A stretch of 36,130 bases of DNA from an uncultured archaeon (GTDB lineage Archaea > Aenigmatarchaeota > Aenigmatarchaeia > CG10238-14): assembly GCA_964386885.1 (NCBI GenBank), contig CAYLUO010000001.1:1-36130 (forward strand). Reading direction: 5' to 3'. Each line of letters begins with the position of its first letter. Positions within the stretch are counted from its first letter, which is position 1. A program made the position numbers and the translations under genes. The notes below the pieces were generated by a model. The model was given only the letters and a program-made list of their open reading frames with translations. It was not told where the DNA came from and made no database searches. Shown here in pieces: positions 25,132 to 33,633 of the stretch.

Positions 25132-25769
25132 AGACGTTCCCAAATAAAATCTATTTTTTTACGTTCTTTAAACTTAAATACAAACAACAAAATAATTGCT
25201 GCCAACATTCCTCCCAAATGCCCGAAATGTGCTACTCCAGTTTCTATACCAGATATTCCTGATAAAAGTTCTATAGCTCCGTATATAATTAAAAATGCTA
25301 TAGCAGGCATTGGTATAAAATTAAAGAAAATAATTCTTTTTGGAAACTTTATTGCAAATGCAGTTAAAATTCCCATTACAGCACCTGAGGCACCGATTAA
25401 AGGTGTGGTCATAGCAGCTGCAATATTTTCTGGATTTGTTAATGCTGGATAAGCAGATGCTAAAAATATATGAAGTAATGCTGATCCAATTCCACATATT
25501 ATATAAAATATTAAGAATTTCTTTCTACCAAATTCCATTTCAATTGTAGGGCCAAACATAAAAAGTACAAACATATTTAGAAATATGTGCATGAAACTTC
25601 CATGAACAAACAAAAAGGTTACAAATTGCCATACCATTCCATGATAGATAGCACTTTCTGGGACTAGTCCTAATATTCTGATAGAATCAATTGGAACAAA
25701 AGCCTCTATAAAAAATACAAAAAAGTTTAACATAATCAAATAAAATACTATACTTTTTGTAAATTGCAT
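25128..25769 (-). CDS. Rhomboid family intramembrane serine protease
   Basis: 213 aa and polytopic. It has FVHGSFMHIFLNM, the catalytic Ser motif GASGAVMG and the catalytic His context AHFGHLGG. Confidence 0.9.
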   Translation of the reverse strand: MQFTKSIVFYLIMLNFFVFFIEAFVPIDSIRILGLVPESAIYHGMVWQFVTFLFVHGSFMHIFLNMFVLFMFGPTIEMEFGRKKFLIFYIICGIGSALLHIFLASAYPALTNPENIAAAMTTPLIGASGAVMGILTAFAIKFPKRIIFFNFIPMPAIAFLIIYGAIELLSGISGIETGVAHFGHLGGMLAAIILLFVFKFKERKKIDFIWERL

Positions 25770-25784
25770 ATTATCACAATAAAG

Positions 25785-25895
25785 TGGGACGACCCGGATT
25801 TGAACCGGGGACCACTAGTTTTTACGCCAAGTTGCCTTATAAGACTAGCGCTTTCAGCACGCGAAAACGTTCTAACCTGGCTGAGCTACCGTCCC
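25785..25895 (-). tRNA. tRNA-Ile (UAU) with two introns (about 19 nt in the D arm, 17 nt at canonical 37/38)
   Basis: The 111-nt reverse complement gives a perfect 75-nt cloverleaf only after two segments are removed. These are ACGTTTTCGCGTGCTGAAA (25852..25870, restoring D stem GCTC/GAGC) and AGGCAACTTGGCGTAAA (25821..25837). The acceptor is GGGACGG/TCGTCCC. The anticodon arm is CTAGT-CTTATAA-ACTAG. The T arm is CCCGG-TTCAAAT-CCGGG, and the discriminator is A. Confidence 0.75.
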
Positions 25896-25975
25896 ATTTC
25901 TTACCTTATAATAAAAGATACTTAAATTAAAATATATTGTTTTTATTTAAAATTTCCTAAAATTAATTAGTTATT

Positions 25976-26203
25976 ATGTTTACTCGATTCAAGAAATCAA
26001 ATAATGAAATGATAACAACTAAAAGATTTAAAATAAAAAGGAACAGGAAAAAATCTCTTATAGACACTATTCTTAGATATTTCAAACAAAATCTAACTAA
26101 AAATCAATATGCACTAAGATGGTCGATTTCTAAAGCAGACAGAAATAAAATTATAGTCGAAGCCAATATATTGAATTTGAAAAAAATCAGAGTGAAAAAA
26201 TGA
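25976..26203 (+). CDS. Possible small, very basic protein (uncertain)
   Basis: 75-aa Lys/Arg-rich ORF whose TGA overlaps the ATG of the next gene (ATGA). No family recognised; it could be a spurious AT-rich ORF. Confidence 0.3.
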   Translation: MFTRFKKSNNEMITTKRFKIKRNRKKSLIDTILRYFKQNLTKNQYALRWSISKADRNKIIVEANILNLKKIRVKK

Positions 26204-27261
26204 AAAAAGATTTTATAGCAGTAAATATAGTTCCAACAGGAATTGGTGCAGAAATAGGTGGATATGTCGGAGATGCAACTCCAGTTACAAATCTAATGGC
26301 GAGTGTATGTGATTGTCTTATAACTCATCCTAATGTTGTGAATGGAGTTTTGCTAAATTGTGCAAGAGAAAATATTCTATATGTTGAAGGATTTTTATTA
26401 GATCAATTATTTTTAGGAAATATTGGACTAAGACCTGTAAAATCAAATAAAATAGGAGTTATTTTAGATAAATTACCTGAGAAAAAACCAATAGATCTTG
26501 CTATTAACACAATCGAGGCAATCAGATCAAATAAAGGAATAAAAATAATAGGATATACGTTTACAAAAAAACCAGTTAATGGAACTGCAGTCAAAACAAA
26601 AACAGGATCATTTATTGGCAAAATAAAAGATGTTAATATATTTCTAGAACCAGCTAAAGAACTTATAGCTAAAGGAGCAGATGCAATAGCAATTGCTACA
26701 AAAGTAAATGTAACAAAAAAAGATTTGGATTTATATTTCAAAAGCAAAGGAGCAAATCCTTATGGTGGTGTTGAAGCATTAATTTCTCATACAATAGGAA
26801 AAGTATTTAATATACAATCTGCTCATGCTCCTATATTGTCTTATTATGAGTCAAAGCAAATGTTGAATCGTGGTATAGCAGATCCAAGATCAGCTCCAGA
26901 TGCGATTACAGATGCATATTTGGGTTGTGTTTTACAAGGATTGCATAAAGCACCAAAACCAATAGAAATTAAAGAAGTAGAAGATAATGATATTACTATA
27001 GATGATATATCAGCATTAGTTGTTCCTGCCTCTAGTTTAGGTGGAATTCCTATGTTAGTTGCTGAAAAGAAAAATATACCAATTATAGCTGTAAAAGAAA
27101 ATAAAACAAAACTAAAAGTAACAAATGACAAAATGAAATTCAAAAGTGTTATTATAGTAGATAATTATTTGGAAGCAGCAGGAATTTTAGCTGCGATGAA
27201 AGAAGGGTTGAGTTTAGATACACTCAGAAGACCAATCAAAAATATAAAAAGAATAATATAA
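26200..27261 (+). CDS. Conserved hypothetical protein (possibly DUF3326-like)
   Basis: 353 aa. It has a distinctive N-terminal Gly-rich motif, NIVPTGIGAEIGGYVGDATPV, followed by HPNVVNG. My memory links this motif to DUF3326, but I cannot verify that. Coding quality looks good. Confidence 0.55.
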   Translation: MKKDFIAVNIVPTGIGAEIGGYVGDATPVTNLMASVCDCLITHPNVVNGVLLNCARENILYVEGFLLDQLFLGNIGLRPVKSNKIGVILDKLPEKKPIDLAINTIEAIRSNKGIKIIGYTFTKKPVNGTAVKTKTGSFIGKIKDVNIFLEPAKELIAKGADAIAIATKVNVTKKDLDLYFKSKGANPYGGVEALISHTIGKVFNIQSAHAPILSYYESKQMLNRGIADPRSAPDAITDAYLGCVLQGLHKAPKPIEIKEVEDNDITIDDISALVVPASSLGGIPMLVAEKKNIPIIAVKENKTKLKVTNDKMKFKSVIIVDNYLEAAGILAAMKEGLSLDTLRRPIKNIKRII

Positions 27262-27280
27262 AACAAATTAAATCAAAATA

Positions 27281-27288
27281 TTTAAATA
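27281..27288 (+). promoter_or_regulatory. Candidate TATA box (TTTAAATA) for the thermosome gene
   Basis: It lies about 50 nt upstream of ATG 27333, and a GAGGTG SD sits at 27320..27325. This fits a short SD-containing leader. AT-richness makes the call weak. Confidence 0.3.
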
Positions 27289-27332
27289 CTTTTAATATAT
27301 ACTTATATTGAATTCTTACGAGGTGTTAAAAT

Positions 27333-28979
27333 ATGGTAAATATGAATCAAATGCAAGGTCAACCTATTTTAGTGTTACCAGAAGGTACACTAAGAACTAG
27401 GGGTAAAGGTGCCCAAGAAAATAATATTGCTGCTGCTAAAGCAGTTGCTGATATTCTAAGAACAACATTAGGTCCAAAAGGAATGGACAAAATGTTAGTA
27501 GACGGAATGGGAGATATAGTCATTACAAACGATGGTGTTACAATTCTTGATCAAATGGAAATTGAGCATCCATCTGCTAAAATGATGGTAGAAGTAGCAA
27601 AAACACAAAATGAAGAAGTTGGTGATGGAACAACAACAGCAGTTGTAATAGCAGGTGAATTATTAAGAAAAGCAAACGAATTATTAGAACAAAACGTACA
27701 TCCTACTGTTATTATAAGAGGTTATAATTTAGCTAAAGAAAAAGGATTACAAATTCTTGATAAATTTTCAACACCTATAGATATCAAAGATACTGAAAAA
27801 CTTAGAAAAGTCGCAATCACAAGCATGAGTGGTAAATCAGCAGCATCAGGTTATGGAGTAGCATTAGCTGATTTAGTTGTAAATGCAATAAAACAAGTTG
27901 CAGAAAAAGATAATGGAAAATATATTATAGATACAGAAAACATTAAAAGAGAAAAAAAGCATGGTGGCTCTTCAGAAGATACAGAACTTATTAAGGGTCT
28001 AGTTATAGATAAAGAGGTAGTTCATCCCGGAATGCCAAAAAGAATAGATAATGCAAAAATAGCTCTTTTAGATGCAGCTTTGGAAGTTAAATCAACAGAA
28101 ACTGATGCAAAAATACAAATCACAAGTCCAGAGCAAATGCAATCATTTTTAGAGCAAGAAGAAGGAATGCTAAAGAAAATGGTTGAAAAAGTAATTACTT
28201 CAGGTGCTAATGCTTTATTTTGTCAAAAAGGAATTGATGATATTGCACAACACTATCTAGCAAAAAAAGGAATATTATCAACAAGAAGAGTAAAAAAATC
28301 TGATATGGAAAAATTAGCAAAAGCAACAGGAGCAAAAATAATCACGAATTTAGAAGACTTAACAAAATCAGATCTTGGATATGCCAAAAAAGTAGAGGAA
28401 AGAAAAATTTCTGATGAAAGAATGATTTTTGTAAGAGACTGTAAAAATCCAAAAGCAGTAACAATTCTAGTAAGAGGAGGAACAGAGCATGTTGTTGACG
28501 AAGTTGACAGAGCAATAGAAGATGCAATAGGTTCAGTGTCATCAGCAATAGAAATTGGAAAAATAGTTCCTGGTGGAGGGGCACCAGAAATAGAAGTTGC
28601 AAAAGAATTGAGAAAATATGCTGAAGGATTTTCAGGAAGAGAACAATTAGCAATAAATGCATTTGCTGATGCATTAGAAGTAATACCAAGAAGTTTGGCA
28701 GAAAATGCTGGTTTAGACCCAATAGACATTTTAGTAAAATTAAGATCAGACCATGAAAAGAAAAAACTAAATAGTGGTGTAAATATATTCGAAAGTGGAA
28801 CCATAGATATGATTTCTAAAGGTGTTATAGAACCATTGAAAATAAAAACACAAGCATTAAAATCAGCAGCAGATGCAGCAGAAATGATATTGAAAATTGA
28901 TGATATAGTTTCAGCAGCTAAACTATCAAAAGGAGCAATGCCACAACAACCAGGAATGGGAATGCCACCTGGCTATTAA
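27333..28979 (+). CDS. ths: Thermosome subunit (group II chaperonin)
   Basis: 548 aa. [29 protein letters not shown] and VPGGGAPE are present, with a Met/Gly/Pro-rich C-terminal tail. Confidence 0.97.
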   Translation: MVNMNQMQGQPILVLPEGTLRTRGKGAQENNIAAAKAVADILRTTLGPKGMDKMLVDGMGDIVITNDGVTILDQMEIEHPSAKMMVEVAKTQNEEVGDGTTTAVVIAGELLRKANELLEQNVHPTVIIRGYNLAKEKGLQILDKFSTPIDIKDTEKLRKVAITSMSGKSAASGYGVALADLVVNAIKQVAEKDNGKYIIDTENIKREKKHGGSSEDTELIKGLVIDKEVVHPGMPKRIDNAKIALLDAALEVKSTETDAKIQITSPEQMQSFLEQEEGMLKKMVEKVITSGANALFCQKGIDDIAQHYLAKKGILSTRRVKKSDMEKLAKATGAKIITNLEDLTKSDLGYAKKVEERKISDERMIFVRDCKNPKAVTILVRGGTEHVVDEVDRAIEDAIGSVSSAIEIGKIVPGGGAPEIEVAKELRKYAEGFSGREQLAINAFADALEVIPRSLAENAGLDPIDILVKLRSDHEKKKLNSGVNIFESGTIDMISKGVIEPLKIKTQALKSAADAAEMILKIDDIVSAAKLSKGAMPQQPGMGMPPGY

Positions 28980-28997
28980 TTTTTTTATTCTTTTTCT
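28980..28997 (+). terminator. Oligo-T tracts after the thermosome gene
   Basis: TTTTTTTATTCTTTTTCT begins immediately after the TAA. Confidence 0.35.
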
Positions 28998-29062
28998 AAA
29001 GTTTTAATAGCAAAAAAAGAAATAATTTATACATAAGAATAGAATTATCTTTAGGTGAACAA

Positions 29063-29587
29063 ATGGGAAATAAAGATGAAGTAGAAATAAAAGAAAGCGA
29101 TTATGAATTAATCCCAATGTCCCCAATAAGACGACTAGAAAAACGACTTGAAAGGGTAGAGGATTTATCAGTCCCAGAATCAGGATCAGTTTTCAAAGAT
29201 GTAGTTGAAATAGTAAGAATGAATCAATTGATAGTTGATCAATTAGCAAAATCAAATGATGCACTAAGAATAGAAATATCAAAATTACCAGCAAAGATTG
29301 ATGAATTGGTCATGAACTTAAAAGAACTAATAAATTTTGTAAAAGCATCTGGTCATCAAGAACAAAGACAAATGTCAATGGAATCAATGGCACCACTTTT
29401 AAATAAACTTGATGAATTAGTAAAAGCAAACAAAGGAGCATCAGAAAAAAATGATGCTATGCTAGAATTATTAGATACAGTAAGTAAAAGATTAAGACCA
29501 GCAAGACCACCAGTAGCGCTTCCAGGAATGCCACCAAGACCACCACAAACGAGACCTATACAAAGGCCAATTAAAAAACCATTTTAG
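29063..29587 (+). CDS. Hypothetical coiled-coil protein with a proline-rich C-terminus
   Basis: 174 aa. An AGGTGA SD lies upstream. The protein is helical and heptad-like, and its tail is RPARPPVALPGMPPRPPQTRPIQRPIKKPF. Its stop is 12 nt from the first pilin gene. Confidence 0.55.
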   Translation: MGNKDEVEIKESDYELIPMSPIRRLEKRLERVEDLSVPESGSVFKDVVEIVRMNQLIVDQLAKSNDALRIEISKLPAKIDELVMNLKELINFVKASGHQEQRQMSMESMAPLLNKLDELVKANKGASEKNDAMLELLDTVSKRLRPARPPVALPGMPPRPPQTRPIQRPIKKPF

Positions 29588-29599
29588 GTGATATAAAAA

Positions 29600-29998
29600 A
29601 TGAAAGGAATATCTGCAATTATAGCAACTATACTTTTACTACTTATAACTATAGCTCTGGCAGGAACAGCATATATGTATGTATCTGGAATGTTAACTGG
29701 TAAAATACAAAAAACAATAACAGTATTATCTGCTACATGTTCTCAAGATAAAGAAACATTAACATTAGTAATTTCAAATGATGGAACTGCTGATATAAAT
29801 TCAACATTAGATCTTAGATGGACAGTAGATGATGGCACTGGAGCTCCGGCAGCACCAACATTCGAATGTACCCCAGAAACTATAACACCACATAGCAGTT
29901 CTGTTTGTAGCTATACAAAAACTGCTGGATATAGTGGCACAATTCAAATAGTAGTTGTAGGACCAAGCAATTCAGTACCTCAAACAGTTTATTGTTAA
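29600..29998 (+). CDS. Archaeal type IV pilin (class III signal peptide), candidate major pilin
   Basis: 132 aa. MKG|ISAIIATILLLLITIALAG is a textbook archaeal prepilin N-terminus (KG cleavage site plus hydrophobic helix). An AGGTGA SD lies upstream. The beta-rich body has 4 Cys. Confidence 0.8.
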   Translation: MKGISAIIATILLLLITIALAGTAYMYVSGMLTGKIQKTITVLSATCSQDKETLTLVISNDGTADINSTLDLRWTVDDGTGAPAAPTFECTPETITPHSSSVCSYTKTAGYSGTIQIVVVGPSNSVPQTVYC

Positions 29999-30011
29999 GA
30001 GGTGTCTTAGT

Positions 30012-30596
30012 ATGAAAGGACAACAACAAGTAGTATCAGTAATAATTATTATAGGCTTAATTATAGGCGCAACAGCAACTGTTCTTCCTTGGGCAAACAC
30101 AATGATCCAAAAAAGAAAAGATATGAAAAGCTTGGATGATGTTTATTATTTTTTTCAAAATATGGATGAAACAATAAGAACTATTGCTAAAAATGGAGGG
30201 GAAGAGTCATTATCACTAGAGGTCCCTGGAACATTAACTGTTTCTCCTGATGATAATACAATTGTTTTCAATTTCGAGAGTAAAGTCTCTAATATAGCAG
30301 AAGGAGACTGGATTCCACTAAATACACCAAATCTAAATGAAACAGGAACTTTAGGTTTGGATACGCCATCAGTTATATTTGGAAAAGCAGAGCAAGATGG
30401 TAATACAATAAAAATATGGTATAAATTATGGTATAGACAATTGAAAGATCCATCAACTAATAATCTTTATAAGATTTCTTTAAAAACAACAGACGAAACA
30501 GTAAAGACAACAAACACAGGATTTATGAGAATACAAAGGCTAGGAACAACTACATCACAAGATTTAACAATTACAGAAATTAATATTATAATTTAA
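30012..30596 (+). CDS. Pilin-like protein with a class III signal peptide
   Basis: 194 aa. The N-terminus is MKG|QQQVVSVIIIIGLIIGATATVL. A GAGGTG SD lies upstream. Confidence 0.7.
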   Translation: MKGQQQVVSVIIIIGLIIGATATVLPWANTMIQKRKDMKSLDDVYYFFQNMDETIRTIAKNGGEESLSLEVPGTLTVSPDDNTIVFNFESKVSNIAEGDWIPLNTPNLNETGTLGLDTPSVIFGKAEQDGNTIKIWYKLWYRQLKDPSTNNLYKISLKTTDETVKTTNTGFMRIQRLGTTTSQDLTITEINIII

Positions 30597-31021
30597 TGAG
30601 CAAAGGTCAAAGTTTTATAATAGAATTTATTCTTTTCTTTGGTATTTCTTTTAGTCTGTTTGCTACAATAAGTTATTACTTTTATAATCAGAATTCATAC
30701 TTGAATGAGCAAATAGGAGAATCAACAACAGATTTAATAAACAAACAAATTTCTACAGATATAGTTATGGCAAATAGCTGCAAGAACTGTGATACGATTC
30801 TTATAAGAGATAAAATTCCATCACAAATAGGTGGATATTACTATAAAATAAAAGCAGAAGATGGTTTAAACACAACTCTATATTCTAGAAAACTTTTTTC
30901 TAATCAAGGAACAATATTTAATTTAAATGAAACCTTTAGTTTAATAGGAGAAACAAAAAGTGAAAATAAAAGAATAGAAATCAAAATTAATAATATAGAT
31001 AATATAATTGAGGTAAAATAA
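30596..31021 (+). CDS. Pilin-like protein with a class III signal peptide
   Basis: 141 aa. The N-terminus is MSKG|QSFIIEFILFFGISFSLF. There is a 1-nt overlap with the previous stop. Confidence 0.65.
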   Translation: MSKGQSFIIEFILFFGISFSLFATISYYFYNQNSYLNEQIGESTTDLINKQISTDIVMANSCKNCDTILIRDKIPSQIGGYYYKIKAEDGLNTTLYSRKLFSNQGTIFNLNETFSLIGETKSENKRIEIKINNIDNIIEVK

Positions 31022-32764
31022 ATGTCTGGGGTATCTGTTTTCAGAAGTTTAGTTAGAGGTTATCAAAATCTCTCGAAAAAAGAAAAAAAGGAAACACAAA
31101 CAAGTGTTACTGGTCCTTTAGAAGTTTTTGGAACAGTGGATATAAGAGAACATGAAAAGAAGAAAAAAATAGAAAAAGAAAAATTAGAAGGAATAGAAAT
31201 TCCAGATTTTAGAACAAAAAGAGTTGGCCTACTAGGAATAAAACAAGAAGAAGAAAAAGAATATTTTCAAGCAACATATCCTTTAATGCCAACAAAACCA
31301 AAAAAAAATGAAAAAATTTTATCTTATACTAAAATCTTTTGGGATTCACAAAAAAATTGTTATAGATATAATTTAGTACAACCAGAAATCTCTCCTAGAT
31401 TAAAAAAACTTTTTAATAGATTAAAAGAATTAATAGAAGAAAAATTAGATGTGGATTTAACAAGATTGAAAAAAGGAGAAGCAAAAGATTATTTAAAAAA
31501 ACAAATTTTTGAATTATTAGATTATTTTGGAATAAAACTAACTGAAAACGAAAAACAAATTTTAGATTATTATATCAACAGAGACTTTTTGGGATTGGGT
31601 GCAATAGATCCTTTAATGCATGATTCTCGAATTGAAGAAATAAGTTGTGATGGTATAAATATTCCAATTTATGTTTTTCATAGAGATCCTAAACTAGGTT
31701 CAATTCAAACAAACATTTCTTTTAACAATCCAGAAGAATTAGATGATTATTTGGTTCGTCTGGCTCAAATATGTGGGCAATCAATATCAGTAACAGATCC
31801 TTTATTGAGTGGAACTTTACCAGACGGATCCAGAATACAAGGAACTTTGGCAACAGATATAGCAAGAAGAGGATCTAATTTTACAATTAGAAAATTCTCT
31901 GCAGAACCATTTACGCCAGCCCATCTTCTAAACTTTAATACAATAGATATCAAGACATTAGCATTTTTATGGATGACAATAGATTATGGATGTAGTGCTT
32001 TAATAGCTGGTGGATCAGCAACAGGTAAAACATCTTTTCTAAATGTATTATCTTTATTTATAAAACCAGACATGAAAATCGTTTCAATAGAAGATACAGC
32101 TGAATTAAGACTACCACATCCACATTGGGTCCCACAACTTGCACGAGTTCCAATATCAACAGAAAAAGGTAAAAGAAAAGGAGAAGTAGATCTGTTTGAT
32201 TTATTAAAAGAAAGTATCAGACAAAGACCAGATTACATTATAGTAGGTGAAGTTAGAGGTAAAGAAGCATATGTCTTGTTCCAGCAAATAGCAACTGGTC
32301 ATCCTTCTTTAGCAACTATTCATGCAGATACAATGGAAAAATTAGGCAGTAGATTAATCAGTCCTCCAATATCATTACCAACAAGTTTATTGGAAAGTTT
32401 AGATTTGATAGTGTTTCTAACCAAGCAAAGATATAGAGGCCAATATGTTAGAAGAGTTAAAGATGTTTTTGAAATAATAGGATTTGATATTAAAGAAAAA
32501 GTTCCTATAACAAACAAAACATTTGAATGGGATACGACAACAGATAAAATAAAAATCTCAAATAAAAGTATTATTCTTCAGAAAATAGTTAAAAAAACTG
32601 GTCTTAAAGAAAAAGAAATTATAGAAGAAATGAAAAGAAGAATGTTAGTTTTATATTGGATTCAGCAAAGAAATATGACAAATTACAAAGATGTTAGTCA
32701 AATATTAAATTTATATTATACTTATCCAGAAAAAGTTTTGGATATAATTACTGGTGAGATTTAG
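31022..32764 (+). CDS. Type IV filament assembly ATPase (FlaI/ArlI/PilB-like, GspE/VirB11 superfamily)
   Basis: 580 aa. The N-terminal YRYNLVQPEIS matches the archaeal YxVxEP motif. Walker A is GGSATGKTS and Walker B is DYIIVGEVRGKEA. TGHPSLATIHAD is the His box. Confidence 0.92.
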   Translation: MSGVSVFRSLVRGYQNLSKKEKKETQTSVTGPLEVFGTVDIREHEKKKKIEKEKLEGIEIPDFRTKRVGLLGIKQEEEKEYFQATYPLMPTKPKKNEKILSYTKIFWDSQKNCYRYNLVQPEISPRLKKLFNRLKELIEEKLDVDLTRLKKGEAKDYLKKQIFELLDYFGIKLTENEKQILDYYINRDFLGLGAIDPLMHDSRIEEISCDGINIPIYVFHRDPKLGSIQTNISFNNPEELDDYLVRLAQICGQSISVTDPLLSGTLPDGSRIQGTLATDIARRGSNFTIRKFSAEPFTPAHLLNFNTIDIKTLAFLWMTIDYGCSALIAGGSATGKTSFLNVLSLFIKPDMKIVSIEDTAELRLPHPHWVPQLARVPISTEKGKRKGEVDLFDLLKESIRQRPDYIIVGEVRGKEAYVLFQQIATGHPSLATIHADTMEKLGSRLISPPISLPTSLLESLDLIVFLTKQRYRGQYVRRVKDVFEIIGFDIKEKVPITNKTFEWDTTTDKIKISNKSIILQKIVKKTGLKEKEIIEEMKRRMLVLYWIQQRNMTNYKDVSQILNLYYTYPEKVLDIITGEI

Positions 32765-33633
32765 TGTTTTTTTATGACAGAATAGCCATGCGCTATTTAG
32801 GCAAATATATAGAACCTTACTTAGACTATTTTTCTGGCTTGAAAAAAGATTTAAAAAAAAGTGGAATGAGAACAACACTTTTGGAATATTTATCATCATC
32901 ATTATTAACATGTATTGTTTTATTTGTTCTTGAACTTCCATTGTTTGCTTTTATTTTTTCACTTGTTGGATTAGGTGCATTATTTAGTTTATTTATGTCA
33001 GTTGTTGTTGCAATTGGAATTTGTGTCGTTTTTTTTCTAGCTTTTGTAAATTATCCAAAATTTATAATTCGTGATAAAGCAAGATCAATAGAAAATACAT
33101 TACCATTTGCTGGAATATATTTATCAACTATAGCAAGTTCACAATTACCACCACATAAGATATTTGAAATATTTTCTAAGTTTAAAGAACATGGAGAAAT
33201 TTCAAAAGAAGCACAGAGAATTGTTGCTGACATGAAAGCATTTGGTTTGAATATATATGAAAGTTTAGAAAAAGCTGTAAACAGAACTCCATCAAAAGAA
33301 TTAAAAGAATTATTTTGGTCTATGCTTTCAACTTTAAAAAGTGGTGGAAATTTAGATGCATATTTGACAGAAAAATCAAAAACATTTCTTGACAATTACA
33401 GAAGAAAATTAACAGAATTTTCTCATTCACTTTCAATTTATCTTGAAATTTATTTAACTGCTTTAGTCTTGGGTGCAATATTCTTTACTATATTAACATC
33501 TTTAATGTCTGGATTCGGGGGAGTGGGTGCAAATGTAGTTTTTGTTCAATTCTTCCTAATATTCTTTTTCATACCACTTATATCGGCAGCGTTTATAATT
33601 TTAATAAAAATGAGTTCACCAAGTGCAGAATAA
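32764..33633 (+). CDS. Type IV filament platform protein, one T2SSF domain (FlaJ/TadB-TadC-like), part 1
   Basis: 289 aa with TM helices. The cytoplasmic T2SSF-type domain reads ENTLPFAGIYLSTIASS...LSTLKSGGNLDAYL. The GTG start overlaps the ATPase TAG by 1 nt; an alternative ATG lies at 32788. Confidence 0.8.
   Translation: MFFYDRIAMRYLGKYIEPYLDYFSGLKKDLKKSGMRTTLLEYLSSSLLTCIVLFVLELPLFAFIFSLVGLGALFSLFMSVVVAIGICVVFFLAFVNYPKFIIRDKARSIENTLPFAGIYLSTIASSQLPPHKIFEIFSKFKEHGEISKEAQRIVADMKAFGLNIYESLEKAVNRTPSKELKELFWSMLSTLKSGGNLDAYLTEKSKTFLDNYRRKLTEFSHSLSIYLEIYLTALVLGAIFFTILTSLMSGFGGVGANVVFVQFFLIFFFIPLISAAFIILIKMSSPSAE

Noticed and set aside
25048-25452. 134-aa plus-strand ORF spanning the lysK/rhomboid junction
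   Set aside because: It is antisense to two well-supported genes that are joined by an ATGA overlap.
26403-27143. Two minus-strand ORFs (114 and 99 aa) inside the 353-aa conserved hypothetical gene
   Set aside because: They are antisense, low-complexity and without start signals. The plus-strand frame is continuous and coupled to its neighbour.
28253-28804. 183-aa and 126-aa minus-strand ORFs inside the thermosome gene
   Set aside because: They are antisense to an unambiguous group II chaperonin and have no motifs, so they are codon-bias shadow ORFs.
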